Assembly (NCBI GenBank): GCA_030141605.1
Contig: JAQGDQ010000192.1
Coordinates: 348,282-412,281 of the forward strand
Source of the DNA: Tubiluchus corallicola
Taxonomy: Eukaryota > Animalia > Priapulida
Length of the DNA: 64,000 nucleotides
Direction: 5' to 3'
Shown here: one piece after another, positions 15,208 to 28,237 of the stretch
How the letters are laid out: each line of letters opens with the position of its first letter
How positions within the stretch are numbered: the stretch's first letter is position 1
The notes under the pieces: generated by a model
Told to the model about the DNA's origin: nothing
What the model saw: only the letters and a program-made list of their open reading frames with translations
Databases searched by the model: none
Made by a program: the position numbers and the translations under genes

Positions 15208-15620
15208 CTAAAGCAAAAGCATTCATTAAAATTACAAAAATGCATCAAATATTCATCTAGAAAGTTAAAATTAGGAATAAAATTGAAAATTCACATATCT
15301 TTCTACGGATCAGAGTGGGAAATTATACCAATTTGGCATCTAACAGGATCAGCATACCTTATGGGTTGGTGATTTTATGTTAACACTTTTTACTAGCATC
15401 ATAATGTAATTTTTTATTCATATTTTTCATGAGATTTCATGATCTTTATGATAACTGAAAGTGATTTTGTCATAATTTAGTAAGATTCTTAATGTGTTAT
15501 TCATTTATTTTGTACATTTTGTTTTACATTGATAATATTTAATTTACATATTGTAGTGAGCTTATAAACAATAAATTCTAACTGTAATTGTGACTGTGAC
15601 TGTGTTATAAAAAAACAATA

Positions 15621-16057
15621 ATGTGTTCCCTCGCTAGTTTGTGGGTCGTTTGTCGCGGACTCGCTGTTTCCCGGGTTTTCAAAAATATTAATGTAAAACA
15701 TTTATCGCGGTATTTCGCTGTTTCCCGGGTTTTCCAAAATATTAATGTAAAACATTTATCGCGGTATTTTCGCTGTTTCGTGGGTTTTTGCAGTGCTCTG
15801 TCTAAAGTATTTTTGCACATGCGTAGTACGTATTGTATAGATTTGATGAATTTTGCATAAAAAATTACAAAATGAACAAAAATATATTAAAAATAAGATA
15901 AAAACAAAAAGAATATTATAAAAGTGTGGGGAGGGTTTATAAAGACTTAAAATAATGTATAACTTACTAAAATAAGTATAGCGTCCCTACTTCGCGGAAA
16001 TTCGCTTATTGCGGGTGGGCTTGGAACGGAACACCCGCGATAAGTGAGGGAACACTG
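15621..16057. mobile_element. Tc1/mariner (pogo/Tigger-like) MITE in a TMTC4 intron
   Basis: Right end cgcgataagtgagggaacactg|TA is inverted relative to left tgtgttccctcgct. There is an internal ~54-bp direct duplication at 15661-15769. Confidence 0.65.
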
Positions 16058-17112
16058 TACAGAAGATGCATCGAAAATTTCATCTTTATAGGTGTACAGC
16101 TTTTGTACGCTTCTCAAGCAACATTTGATATGTGTGTGTGCTTTCATAGCAAAATCGTCCATAAGTCGGCTATTAAGCTTTTCTAGCTATTCACATATCT
16201 TGAATCTCCATTTCATGAGGATCATTTTGATACTAAGCTTATTGCTCTATATAGTTTCTAAGCTGAGATAATCCACGTTGAAGTTGAAGTGCATGCTACG
16301 CACTGAAAAACATAATCTTGAGAAAAAATTTGCCATTGTTTTTTGTCGTATTTGTACAAAACCCTTAGCAACCGCACAAATGTTGGTTGCTATGGACTTT
16401 GCAAGAACACGTGAAAGTTATGTTTAAATCTAGTAGATGGCTCTTCCTGACGAAAATCTGGGCTTGGCAACAGTAAAAACCCGAAGCAAAATGACAGCTT
16501 CCGGGAGCTATAATCAGAGTTTGAAAACACAAGTTTTTTACAATTGCAGTACTAGTTTCTAGCCAAAAACGAGGGCACGGGTTATAAAATTAAATTTTTA
16601 GCATTTTTTGAACAATTTCTTGATAATTTTATGCTAGAATATAAAGGTCCAGTATATTTAGCATTTGTTTTTATAAAAAACAGAAAATTGACATTAGATC
16701 AAATTTTTTATGCATTCTACTTTTAAGCATCACAACGTAGCTTTAACTATGCCGACTTGTGGACGGTTTTGGTATGCAAGCACACATATCATATCCTGCT
16801 GGCTCATCTTAGAAACCAGAGCCATTGGTTTCAGTGGATGAATCACGAACTGGTTTATTACTTTACACAGGTTATCATTTTCTTGCATTATATTCTTTTC
16901 AGCAAGCAGGAGCCAAAAGGAACAACATTACTGCTAACAAATAACTATGTAATTTTAACCTGCACAACCTGTGTAAGCAGATTAAAGATGGTCCACATGC
17001 TTAGCGAAAGATGAAAAACAAAAGGATGCAACATATAGTAGTTTCAAAATTGCAACCAGGACTATAAGTCCACTCGGCAATTACTGAGTGTTATCAGAGG
17101 CATTTGGAAATA

Positions 17113-18019
17113 CAGTATACTCCACTTAATAAATCCACAATGATGCTGATGCAAGCTAAATGGATTTATTAAGCGGCTGGATTTATAAACTGAAGAGAAC
17201 ATTAAGTAGCATTTTATGTTAATACAGTGGACGTAATTTATTTATTAAACCAATTCTCTTAACACACATTAAAAAAGTTTTTAAGTAAAGTGCAATAATT
17301 TATTAGCATTCGTAATATTAAAGTAATTCGCGTAAAGTATGTATTATTTAACAGTGGTAGCATTAGCTTTTATATGTGACAAAATGCTTGCTAAGCTAAA
17401 AAATGCAATACATGTAATTTTAAAGTCAGCATTGATTCACTGAATATTCATTTATTTGAGTCATTAACATTCTTGCAGTTACGCTGGTTTGTCAGTTAAA
17501 ATCGGCGTTTTAGTTCAGCCTAATTGCATGTATGTGCAAAAGGAATATGCAGTAGACTATTTACACAGCAGATAAGTTTGAATTCGAAACGTATCCAGTG
17601 TGGTCTATTTTAGTAGACATTTTATCGAAGACATGATTGAATGACTTGCGTGAATTTGAAGCGCAATCACTGTTCTACAGTCCACAGAGTGCTCAGTGTT
17701 TCCAGTGTGGCACTTCAGCAGCTGATATAGTTATGTTTGGTTCAAATTCACTATCGTCAAGTTGAAACGCAGCCCATATGTTTGGTCTTACATCACAGTT
17801 TCATTGTCTTCACAGCGCGCAAAGTGTATTCAAAGATTTATAAAGCGAAGTTTGGATTTAATAAATGGCAACTTTTAGTAGGTTAATGTACTATACAGTT
17901 CCGTTCCAGCAATAGTTGCAACAATACGCGGCTGGATTTAACAAATGGAGCTTTTAGTATGTTAATGTATTATATAGTACCATTCCAGCAATACTGACAA
18001 CAATAAGTGCCTTCTACTG
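17113..18019. mobile_element. Tigger/pogo-like non-autonomous element
   Basis: TA|cagtatactcc ... cttctactg|TA. The motif ggatttaataa/ttaataaatcc recurs at both ends, with an ~80-bp subterminal duplication at 17850-18005. Confidence 0.55.
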
Positions 18020-18424
18020 TATAACTTGAACAAATAAACAGATGCAAGATCCTACAACATAATCATAACTGAACTATCTTTTCAATATCCTAATCGGGGT
18101 AGAAGCTCTGGCATTTTATGTGACAATACTTTGATAGGATATACAGTTGCTTTACCTAGCAGCAGAATGCACTAACTGTTGTGACTATGAAGTTCTTTTA
18201 TGTGACAAAAATGATATATTTATTTTTCTTAATGAAATGGTAGCGTGTATCCTACACACAACTACGTGTATGCATTGGTCTGCATCTATTGTTCAGTCAC
18301 TATTGCTCTGCATCTGTCTAGCATTTTGCTCCCACTAGGGAGAACATATATCAGTTGTAAAACTGTCTGTTTCAAACCTAATTCCATGTTACATCTTCAA
18401 TAAAATTATGTTTAAACCAAGTAC

Positions 18425-18618
18425 CTGTATAATGCCAAGATTCATCCAACCAGCTGCAAACGAAGGTCGTAGTTCCACAGCTCGTTTCAATAGCTGCTCT
18501 GCCTCTTGTTCTTTGCCCATGTCTTTAAGCAAATTTCCAAGATTATTAAGTGCTTGATCGTACTGTGGATTGAGCAAAATTGCGTTCCGATACCTGTTTA
18601 TCGCTACTTCAGTGTTTC
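18425..18618 (-). CDS. TMTC4: TMTC4 middle coding exon (TPR)
   Basis: GNTEVAINRYRNAILLNPQYDQALNNLGNLLKD...FAAGWMNLGIIQ; phase 1 to 0 matches the flanking exons. Confidence 0.93.
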
Positions 18619-19354
18619 CTAGAAAGACAAAACAAAATAAAAATAACAATGAGTTTAGAATTTGACACAACTTACTTATTGAAGTAGAAAATTGGAATTC
18701 TAATATTGAGCGCAGGAACATACTTTCTCACTAAATAGAGACTGTAAGCGTGTGATACCGAGCGCGTTGATTCATATGACTTTTTTGTTTACAATCTATC
18801 GCACATTACGTAATTTGATAATAAATATTAGGTATAGGGCCTCCTAACTTAAAATTTCTGTCATCAAACTTCAAAAAATTGGAGACCCTACTGGTGGCTT
18901 TTGGAGAGAATGGAATAACTGTAAAAACTCAACTCTGAAAAAATACTGAAAGTTCTCATTTTTTTACATTCGATTCTGAATCATACAAGCTGCAACCAGT
19001 GTTCATGATAGGGCCTTTTCAAACTGGATGGTTCTGGCAACACAGGAACCTTATCAAGGCTATACCTCTAAGATGAACTGGCTGAAGTATCTTAACAATG
19101 TTTGGACTATGCCGTATCTTAACGTCTGTATCTAAACATCATTACGTGCACGAGTGTACAGCCTCCCTCCAAGAAGTAAACAGCCAGAATCAGGATAACA
19201 AATGAGATCGTCCAAAGTGAGAATCAGAGCAGTTGTACCCATCCATTAAATGACCAACCCCAAAGCAGGTTGTGCTATTTTTAACTTCCGTCGACAAATA
19301 CGTTCAAATTGCGCTTTGAAGGACACAAGGTTTACAAATAAAAAATTACCTTAC

Positions 19355-21188
19355 CTGCATCACCAGCAACTTTGCCAATGTTGTAATGAACTTTCGCATT
19401 GAGAGGACACACTCTCTCCCCAGATATAAAAAGCAGCTCCTCCGACCTCCAATCCATGTTACGTTGTAATGTTCTTGTGGTATGCGCGGCAAGTAATATG
19501 AGCACACAGACTTGGACCATAACTGACAACTTAGGTCTGCTAGTACCTGAAACCACAACTTCATTGGAAAGTGCTTGTTTTCCATAAAAATCATCATTCT
19601 GTTCCAACTCCAAAACGTTATTATTTTGTAGTGCTGCTGCTGGCAATTGCTGCCAGTCCTCATGGCAGAAAAATAGCTTTCTTATGCCAAGAATGAGCAG
19701 AAGAATGAAGCCAAAACTTGGAATATACAAAACCCGTTCAGCAATTACAAAACCAACAGTAAAAAATAAGTTCGATGCAGGCAGAAATGGAATAATCAGA
19801 AAAGCAAGTGACATCACCAGTAATCGACCAGTTCTGTGGTTAATCGCTGATATACTAACCCATATTAGGCCACCACATGCGGTCGAAAATATGACAACAA
19901 AAAACAAACGCACATCCAAAATGTGTCTTATAAGTGGAACACAACCCATGGACCAGTCAAAACACAGCCAGGATGGGTTGATGAGCAACCAGCAGTTTAT
20001 GGCATAAATATAAATATGGTTGATAACTCTCATTATGATATTATTAATAAATGCTGGCGGATTGTCCCATTCCTCAAATTGTGGCAATGATGTACCCATA
20101 ACTTGTATTCTCAGAAATAGCATAGCAACAGAAGAAACCAGCAAAAGTGATATGCGCTGAAAGAAGCTTTTTCTCCATTTATCTTGCACACTATGTTTGG
20201 GACTGTGTTTAGGTGTCGAAGTAGGCGTGTGCAGTGGCGTTCCAGTCGATCGTTTACCTGCTTGGTTTCTACTGTTATTGTTCATCTTGTCCAAAATCAT
20301 TGACCATAATGAATGTAAAAAAATTTCCAATTGCAACAATGGGCTCACAATTTTTACTTTGCACACAACAATTATGTCATAGATAATACAAACACAGATC
20401 ACTGTTATGCCTTGTTCTTTGCACAGCATTGACAGCAGGCTAAATAGGATACACAAGAAAAGCCATTTAACAGAAAATTTCTGTGGCCTGGTATGCTCTC
20501 CTGTTGAATATTCAAAGAGTACATTACAGCTCTTTGCATAACTTAAGAAAGCAGCAAAGAAGAAGGCTGCACTGAGTAATTCAGCCCTCCCAACCACACC
20601 AGCTACACTTTCTGTGTGAATCGGGTGAACAGCAAATAAAAATGACCCCAGAAGGGATAATCTCGGAGCGGTAAAAATCCTTTGTTTTGATATCAAATCA
20701 TACTGCAGCCCACCAAGAATGATACTAAAAACTTGCAAGCACAAAATACACACTATTCCATGTATCAGAACATTAGTAACATGAAAGCCCCGTGGGTGAA
20801 ACCCACCACTTAAATAATAATTCAAGCGAAACGTCAATATGGTTAGTGGTCGGTATGATTTGTGGCTTGTGCTCAGGTCGATTCTCGTACCCCAAAAGTC
20901 ATTTTGAAAAAGTCTGTAAAGTGGAGATTCTCCTTTTACATCACCATTGTAAACAATCGCTTCTTGGTCATCAAATGCAAACTGTCCAGGAACAGTATTC
21001 CAATAAGCAGCTACTGCAACAAGAAACGTGGCTACAGATGCACAATGAAAGCTGCTAAACAATGGAAAGGAAGAAGATCGACCTTGGACATCTTCTAAAG
21101 CAGTGTCAGTACTGAACTCCACATTGTTTGGCCATGTATGATGGTATGCTTTCAAGCCCATTTGTTGTTTTCGCTGATGTACAAGCAT
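19355..21188 (-). CDS. TMTC4: TMTC4 large coding exon (GT-C membrane domain/DUF1736, protein O-mannosyltransferase)
   Basis: FAFDDQEAI, NDFWG, SHKSYRPLT, FAVHPIHTESVAGVVGRAE, KEQGIT, LCFDWSMGC, FLPASNLFFTVGFVIAERVLY, CPLNAKVHYNIGK. Acceptor tttattttag lies just upstream (exon starts 21192, ATG at 21188); the true start could be in an upstream exon. Confidence 0.95.
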
Positions 21189-22960
21189 CTCACTAAAAAT
21201 AAAGGTAAAGAAGCCATAAAGGCAATAATAAGAAATCAGACCCTTCAAATTATTACCCACGAAAGGGTTTTGAGATTAAAAGTCATAATTGATGAATACT
21301 ATATTTCTTAGACAGCAAGGACAATCTTGCTAGTGTACCATAATTATGGTTTTTTGGCTCTTATTGCTTACACTAATAATAACTTAATTAAAGTGAATTT
21401 TAACAATAATTCACTGTGTTGGTAGTGAACACTGACGAAGTGCGCCATGATAAGTGAGCACTGAACATGTACCAGTTCACCTGCTTCCCTGATTAATATA
21501 CCGTTTTGTATTAAGGAGTTTTTGAAAAACAGCCAGCACTAAATCATCATCGAATCACGGCAATGCCCATTGGGTCTAGTTGTCTACTACAGAAACTAGA
21601 CAGGTAGAATTATAAGTGCAAAATAAAACAGCGAGCAGCGAAAATGTTCAGTTGTTGGCAGTATGGTAAGTCTTTGCAACAATTGGCCAACTGCAACATC
21701 TTTTTTCCGTCTTGGATAACGGTGCAATATAGTTGCTTGGGCGCGAAGGATCAGTGAAATTAATACACACAAAATCAACAGCTTCATTGCAGTATGTACT
21801 TTGCAAGCATCAATAATAGTAGTGCAGTGATGGCGAGAACTTTGGCCTATTCGGTGCTTAAGTTAAATCTAACTTAACATAACCTAATCTAACCTAAAAT
21901 TAATAGTCTCTTGTGTGTGAACTATAGCACAGGGGAAATTCATCGACTTGCCTGTCCAAGCCTAATAAAAACCTAGTTGAGCAAATCCACTGAGTTAAAT
22001 GTTTGTAAATTAAGTTACCCCTGCAGACCTATAAACACAAAACAATGGCACAACGCAAGACATACAGCACAAAAATAAGAATTCTGGAAGATGCAGAAAG
22101 GAGTGTAAAAGCTTCATACAGCAGTGCAGTTACAACAAATACTGCAACATGTTAACTGGGTGTCTAAGTGTAACTTCTGCTTGACTATGCTTGTTTTCTT
22201 CCTTGTGAAGACAATAAAAATAGATTCATTGTCAACTGCATTGCATTTGCCTTGAGCCATTTGTTCAAATTCCAGTGGATGCAGTTGCTTTTTTACAGCA
22301 CCGTTCTTATCCGGCAAAGGTCTTGTAAAGGTTGTTTTTCCCTTGATGGACAACAAAAACTGGCTTTTCTACTCCCAACATAACCAGTGACCATGTACAA
22401 AATTTGTCAGTATACGTTGGTGTACATGCGGAGTGTACAGGTACCCCCAACAACACGTCAATATTTTAAGGTCAAGCTACTGCTCTGTCATCCTTGTATC
22501 CACATTTGAGTATGTTTGGTGACAAAGCACTTGAAGTTTTCTCGGCTTGTTGGTTAAAGATCATCACCAGGATGATATATCGTGCTCAGTAAGCTTGTAC
22601 TCTATAACAGCTTGGGGTACCATAACAGTGTAGACAGCAAAGAGCTGCCGACAATTAAGAACTAATAGATGGACCAGTGGGCAAGTGATATAACCTAGAA
22701 TTTTCCCACTGCTGGATTTCAACTTAAGCACGAGATGGATACTACGTTAGTTTTACGTTACTACTTTCTACGTTCTATGTTCTACGTAATTCTATGGTCG
22801 TAACCTTAAGAAGCTGAACCTCACCATAAAGCAGATTTACCACTGAAGACAAATAAACTCGGAAGCTGTTTCACTGTGGTTATTCTGATATGTAAAAATA
22901 TGTTATTCTGCTAAAAACTCTATGCGATATTATTTATTGTATTAACGTACTCGCTACCGA

Positions 22961-22962
<2 letters not shown>

Positions 22963-23007
<45 letters not shown>
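22963..23007. repeat. (TTA)n microsatellite
   Basis: About 15 TTA units. Confidence 0.95.
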
Positions 23008-23009
<2 letters not shown>

Positions 23010-23069
23010 TAATTCTTGTTCCCTTTCGAGTGTTTCAATCATTTTCCTCTCGTTTCCTAACCAACAATC

Positions 23070-23346
23070 TTAAAAAAGCTGCAGTTTTGATTATCGACCC
23101 ACTTCATTGTTACAAGCATTATTTTCTAAAATTTATGAACATTATGTTTATAACCAAATGTATAATAATTGTCAAACATGGAGTATTAAACAAAAATCAG
23201 ACAGGTTTCAGAAAAGGTTGCTCTCTTGCATTACCATAGTTGGTGTGTTTTGTGATCTCTTCAGAGCATTTCATACGGCTGATCACAATATATTGCTGCA
23301 TAAATTATATTTTTACGACTTTACAGGGTCACAGTTTCACAAATAA
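23070..23346 (+). mobile_element. Decayed LINE reverse transcriptase fragment (CR1/L2-like)
   Basis: Frameshifted YRPTSLL..FSKIYE, NQTGFRKG, GVFCDLFRAFHTADHNILLHKL (RT domains 1-3). Confidence 0.85.
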
Positions 23347-23399
23347 ATGACTAAAATAGTTTTTTCGTTAAGCTGAATCGATTTCCTGCTACATTTTTA

Positions 23400-24370
23400 G
23401 GGCCATAATTTTGGTGCGTAGCTAGATGGCGTCAAGGTCTTGCCACATGACTAAATATGGCCTTGCGCGTAAGGGTAAATTTTTCGCCAGAAGCAAAAAA
23501 ACAAAAAAATTGGTGCCAGGCAGACCAATGTTTCCTGTGTTTGAATAACAGCGGTTTGTAGTTAAACCAAGTAAAAGGGTTCGAATAGGCGATTTGAACA
23601 GTATGAGTAACGCCCAGATTGGCCGATCCCTGACACTGTTGACCATAGGGATAAAAACTGGGATAGGGAGGACAAATGCTTCCAGTTTTAAACAACAGTA
23701 GTTTGTGCAGTGTAATATGTCAAATGAAGGGTCTCATATGAGTTGCGCCCAGATTATTGGCCCTTAATCCCGCTAAGAAGTGAAAACCGAAATTGGCGGT
23801 CGGGGTAATAGAAATTTAATGCTTTCAAAGACGAGTAACAACGGCTTGCAGTTTATAAAATGAAAGGTCTCGATGAGACAAACGGAAAGATGTGAATTAC
23901 GCCTATATTGGAGGCAAAAACCGTAAGTGGGGAGACGAATTTATCCAAAGCAACAGTGGGTTGTTGTACATAATGCATGTAATAATAATAATTTCGTTTA
24001 GGACATAGTCCAAGGGATAGCACCTTAAGTAACTCAATACTCGTTTCCAAGGTATTTCCGATCGTTATTACTAGCATGTTACTTCGATAAACCCGCGTGC
24101 TTGGTCGAAGAACCAGCGGTACCATTTAAAGCTAGATTGGCCAACTCTTGATCTCACCAATGGGCAAAAACTGAAATTGGGGTTCAGGAATCCAAATGCT
24201 TCCAACGTCAAGCAACAGCAGATTGCACTTCCTCTAGGTCATAGGTTAAAAGTGACAAGTTCCCGTTTTAGTGCCTTGTAGCACATCAGATGAAAGGTCT
24301 CGATGAGATAAATTCAATGAATACGTTGATCTGCGTTTAATTGACCCTTGATCCAAGGTCGGAAAATGAC
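23400..24370. repeat. Interspersed repeat with recurring atgaaaggtctcgatgaga motif, interrupted by a SINE
   Basis: Motif at about 23725, 23860 and 24290 with similar flanks (aaaccgaaattgg; aaatgcttcca). Confidence 0.5.
23980..24128 (-). mobile_element. 5'-truncated copy of tRNA-derived SINE family A
   Basis: Clearly similar to 33770-33908 (tttcgtttaggacatagtc...gaagaaccagcggtaccattt); (TTA)n tail. Confidence 0.8.
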
Positions 24371-24699
24371 AATTCCGAAAGTCATAGTAAGTTCCGATTC
24401 CATTTAAACTGTTATGTCAAGTACAACTTACATACATTAACTGCTTTGAAAAACAATTTTTATTTGTAAAGGCGAAACAAATGTTGTAAGTTAAAGCATC
24501 TCCAGTTACAGAAACAGAAGCAGAATATTTGACAGGGTCAAAAACGTTCACTACCTGTAAATTTGTCACTGTGCTACATCTTATTTAAGATTGGTATTTA
24601 TCTTTATATTGTGTGCACTTTTGGCATTGCTGCATCTATTTTGGCATTTTAAAAAATAAACTTCAAACTCAAGGTCTAATTCTGAAAATTGGCAAAACG

Positions 24700-24920
24700 A
24701 CAAATTACTTATTTAAAATTTCTGGGACAACAGATAACCTATTAGCCATAGGCCACTACTATAAACGGCTCTTAACGAACACAACAATACTGAATCGCCA
24801 CGAATAAATATAACAATTTGTTTGCACCGATACATGTGCTCGTGAGATTCGAATCGCGCCATAAACACAGTAGCTCCCACAGTTCGCTTCGTTAAACCTT
24901 CAGACACTCATACCGACTCA
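24700..24920 (-). promoter_or_regulatory. Possible TMTC4 promoter/5' non-coding exon
   Basis: Local CpG enrichment; minus-strand atggcgcgattcgaatctcacgag; possible donor aa|gtaatt near 24708. TMTC4 needs an upstream exon because of the acceptor at 21193. Confidence 0.25.
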
Positions 24921-25699
24921 ATAAAAAAATGTGAGAAATTCTGTATATGTATTATGGTTTTGCGATAGTGCTATTAAAAACTTACTTCGAGTTAGGTGCT
25001 CATAAAGTTCTAATAGTCTACACTATTATGGCACAGCAATTTCTGATGCCCTGAATAATGTTTAATTATTTACGCGGGTCATTAAATATTTTTTTAAATA
25101 CTATTTGATTTTAGTGCATTTATTTTCCCTGTTTTATGGCAATTTTTGTAACTTAGCAACATAATGCCACGATGATTTATTGTATAATAAGTGTCGAGAA
25201 TTTGCTTCGGCAAATTTCTTGAGACTAAGTGATTTTCGGTATTTGCGTTGGGATCAAGTCGCTACTAAAATATTTTAACCTGTTATTCCTGCTTTATTGT
25301 TGTTATTTGGAATTTTTTATGTTTAATGTTCCGTATTAAATTGTTTTTTTCGTCTTTTCATGTTACTTGTTAGTTGGTTTAATGATTTAATCTAACTTAA
25401 TACATTTGCAGGTGACAGCTGTAAAAACAATTCATAATGTATTTTCGTTATATATCTGCTTAACTGAGTTTAGCATATCCTAACCTGATTCTATTCCCGA
25501 TCATGTAGACTTAGTAAATTAACTTGTATTAATTTTTATTACAGTCATTGATCCAGTACTTAGTTCATTCTTCTGTATACGTAACTATAAACTATAGAAG
25601 AATTGCAGCCAGGTAGCAAATGAAACGAAAAACTTGATCTACTGGCTTAGTATTTATATTTTACACAAAATTTGTATTCTATGATAGCTGAAATCGTGA

Positions 25700-26265
25700 A
25701 TGTAGGTAAAAATAGCACAGAAAAATGAAACAAATGAAAAAGTAAGAAAAATAGCGTATAATGTTAATCTGATGCCAAAAATTTTTATAATAAAATTTGA
25801 ATGGGCTCAGTAAAAAGCAGAATTCCATAAAAAAAGTCAAAAATCCTTAAACACGTTCGTCTGGAAAAAATAAAAGACAAAGATAAACAAGCAAACATGC
25901 AAAAATGTACCTGCATAAGTATTAGTTTTATACAGAATTATTTAATCAATAATGAACGAACATTCTACGCAGTGTTTGTGTACATTTCTTTAATCAATTG
26001 GCGTTGGTAATAGACTGACGAAAAAGCAACCAAACAAACAGCATTAAAGCATAACTTTCTTGGCAGAGGTAAAAGCAACTAAAATTATTGCCCACAGTAA
26101 CTCTAACCCTAAACTCAAATGTTACAAGTGTGTCATTTTTTCTTGTTTTTCCCATTATTGCCCACAGCAACCTAACACGAAACTCGTATTTTATAAGTGT
26201 GCCATTTTTTCCTATTTTTCCTTAATTTTGTATGCTTTTTCCTGTGCCATTTTTACCATGTCATT
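25700..26265. mobile_element. Non-autonomous repeat with inverted ends (Helentron/HINE-like); second copy at 35700-36060
   Basis: ggtaaaaatagcacagaaaaa (25705) is inverted to ttttcctgtgccatttttacc (about 26237-26258). About 350 bp align by eye with 35700-36060. Confidence 0.55.
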
Positions 26266-26459
26266 TTTGCAGTGCGCCAAAAGCCCATCACAAACAATTC
26301 TACAAAACAATGCTATAATAATTTATAAGGCAGAGACCCTCGAGTTCAGAGCGAACCGCAAAAACCGAAAACTGAAAAAAAACAGAACAATTTGGCCACA
26401 TTTTTACTAAAATCGACGACATACATGCATCAGTTATGTATACTGGAGGCAGGGTGTTT

Positions 26460-26615
26460 TTGATTAATTATTATATTCTTAATGTCAAGATCATTATTAA
26501 TGATGTTATCAACCGACAATTAATTTGATACTAAACTTGAAATACAGGAAATGTGAAAAGCTGGGATGCAGTCTGGATCTGAACTTTCTGCTTACACTGC
26601 AAACGCCTTAAACTA
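26460..26615 (-). mobile_element. tRNA-derived SINE family B copy
   Basis: Reverse complement matches 41460-41620 (catttcctgtatttcaagttt...atcttgacattaagaatataataatt). Confidence 0.65.
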
Positions 26616-26812
26616 CTTCAAACCTCCGTGAAAAATTCAGCCCAAAGTTCATCCCTCATTGGCCAACCAATTTCAGCATTTTCAAAGTTAGGATGCTCAG
26701 AAAAAGTGATTCCAATTAATTAAATAAATTTTTTATTTTGATGAATTTTGAACATAAAATTCCGTGAGCAATTAATTAATTATTTTAAACTTCACGTCGA
26801 GATTATTGTACG

Positions 26813-26895
26813 CGTCTGGTTCAAATCCAGGCAGTATGCCATTTTTTCAAATTTCCTGTTTTTCAAGTTTGATATCAAAATTTAATAAATTATGG
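26813..26895 (+). mobile_element. SINE family B fragment
   Basis: B-box ggttcaaatcc followed by tttcctgttttcaagtttgatatcaaaa, as in the 41490-41560 copy. Confidence 0.55.
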
Positions 26896-27285
26896 GTTTG
26901 TAATTTCAGATTTTTGATTATTTGTTGACTTGTTTCACTTGAGTTAAGCTTAAAATTGCTGGGCCTATTATAACCATTGCGGGAGTTTAAATTTACAAGT
27001 TTTAGACAGTGTTACTACTAACGCAAGACCTGTATGCAACAAAACAGTATGTAAGTTATATAAAAATTTAAAACGAAAAACGAATTTTTTAAGCTTTATT
27101 TATGAAGAGTGTTTCTTTGTGCTTTAAGTTAAAAAATTGAAAAACAATATGTAAATCCTGCAAACTATCCACGATGAATAGAGTCATATTAATGAATTTC
27201 ACTAATATTTTTTGGGAAGTTGTAAGAAAATGAAATTATACATTCTTATGGAGTGTGTTTATTACAATATATAAGTTAGTATTAA

Positions 27286-28237
27286 GGTTCACCGTTAAAC
27301 AATGTCATTATGTAACAAATTTTGCATCATTACGTAACAATCGTTATGAATTAAAATAATGTATTATATAATAAATTAATGCAGCGTCGGTCGTGGTCTG
27401 CGGATAGGTCTTTTTGTGGTGTGGATTTGCTCTAATCATTGGACTAGGTCAGTTTCTTTCTGTTGTAGATGTGGGTCTGGCTGGCTACGGCTCAGTTTGG
27501 TTTGTTTTTGGCTGGTCTGTCTGAGGTTTGATTTATCAGAAACCTGGCCTGTTGCTGGTCTGTGTGAAACCAGACCCTAGACAGACCGGCCACAGTCTAG
27601 ACTTCTAGCAGATCACATCTCTAAAGACCAGACCTCACAAACAGATTCTGAAATTCCATGATTAAAGTTCAAAGCACAATTGTTATCATACCTCTACTAT
27701 CATCTCTTTCTTTCTTCGTTTTATAAATCCATACCTTCTCGCTCCTCCCCGCTCATAAATCTACTTCAGGCTAGTTTTACAAACTTCGATTTCAGACTAC
27801 TCTGCATCGTAAGATGTTATATACTAGCTATATTTTGTAGTTTGTAATGTAATTTGCATGAGATGGTGGAGATACTATACTATATCATACCCTACGTAGA
27901 TCAGCCTCTAGATAGATTAGTCACAGACCAAACTCCTGGTAGATCAGACCTTTAAAGAGCAGATTCCAGGCAGACCAGCCACAGATCAGACCAAGGACCC
28001 GCACCTACAACAGAAAGAAATTGACCCAGTCCAATAATTACAGCAAACCAGACCTATGCACAGACCATGACCTACCTGTCATTAGTTTGTACATAATGCA
28101 TCATTTTTGTATAATGATTGTTATGTAATGGCGCGAAAATTTTTACATTATGAGTGTTAGGTAATGACGCAGAATTTGGTCAATAATGACGAGTTTTGTG
28201 ACTGTTGACATTCTGCTGCATTATTACGTAATGAACC
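27286..28237. mobile_element. Foldback/MITE with long (~300 bp) imperfect inverted arms
   Basis: ttaa|ggttca ... tgaacc|tttt. The arm cattggactaggtcagtttctttctgttgtagatgtgggtc pairs with gacccgcacctacaacagaaagaaattgacccagtccaata. Arrays of ggtctg/cagacc are present. Confidence 0.8.

Noticed and set aside
21189-21260. N-terminal 24 aa of the 642-aa ORF (MGNNLKGL...)
   Set aside because: It starts at GTG and overlaps a polypyrimidine tract and AG acceptor at 21193-21194, so it is most likely intronic.
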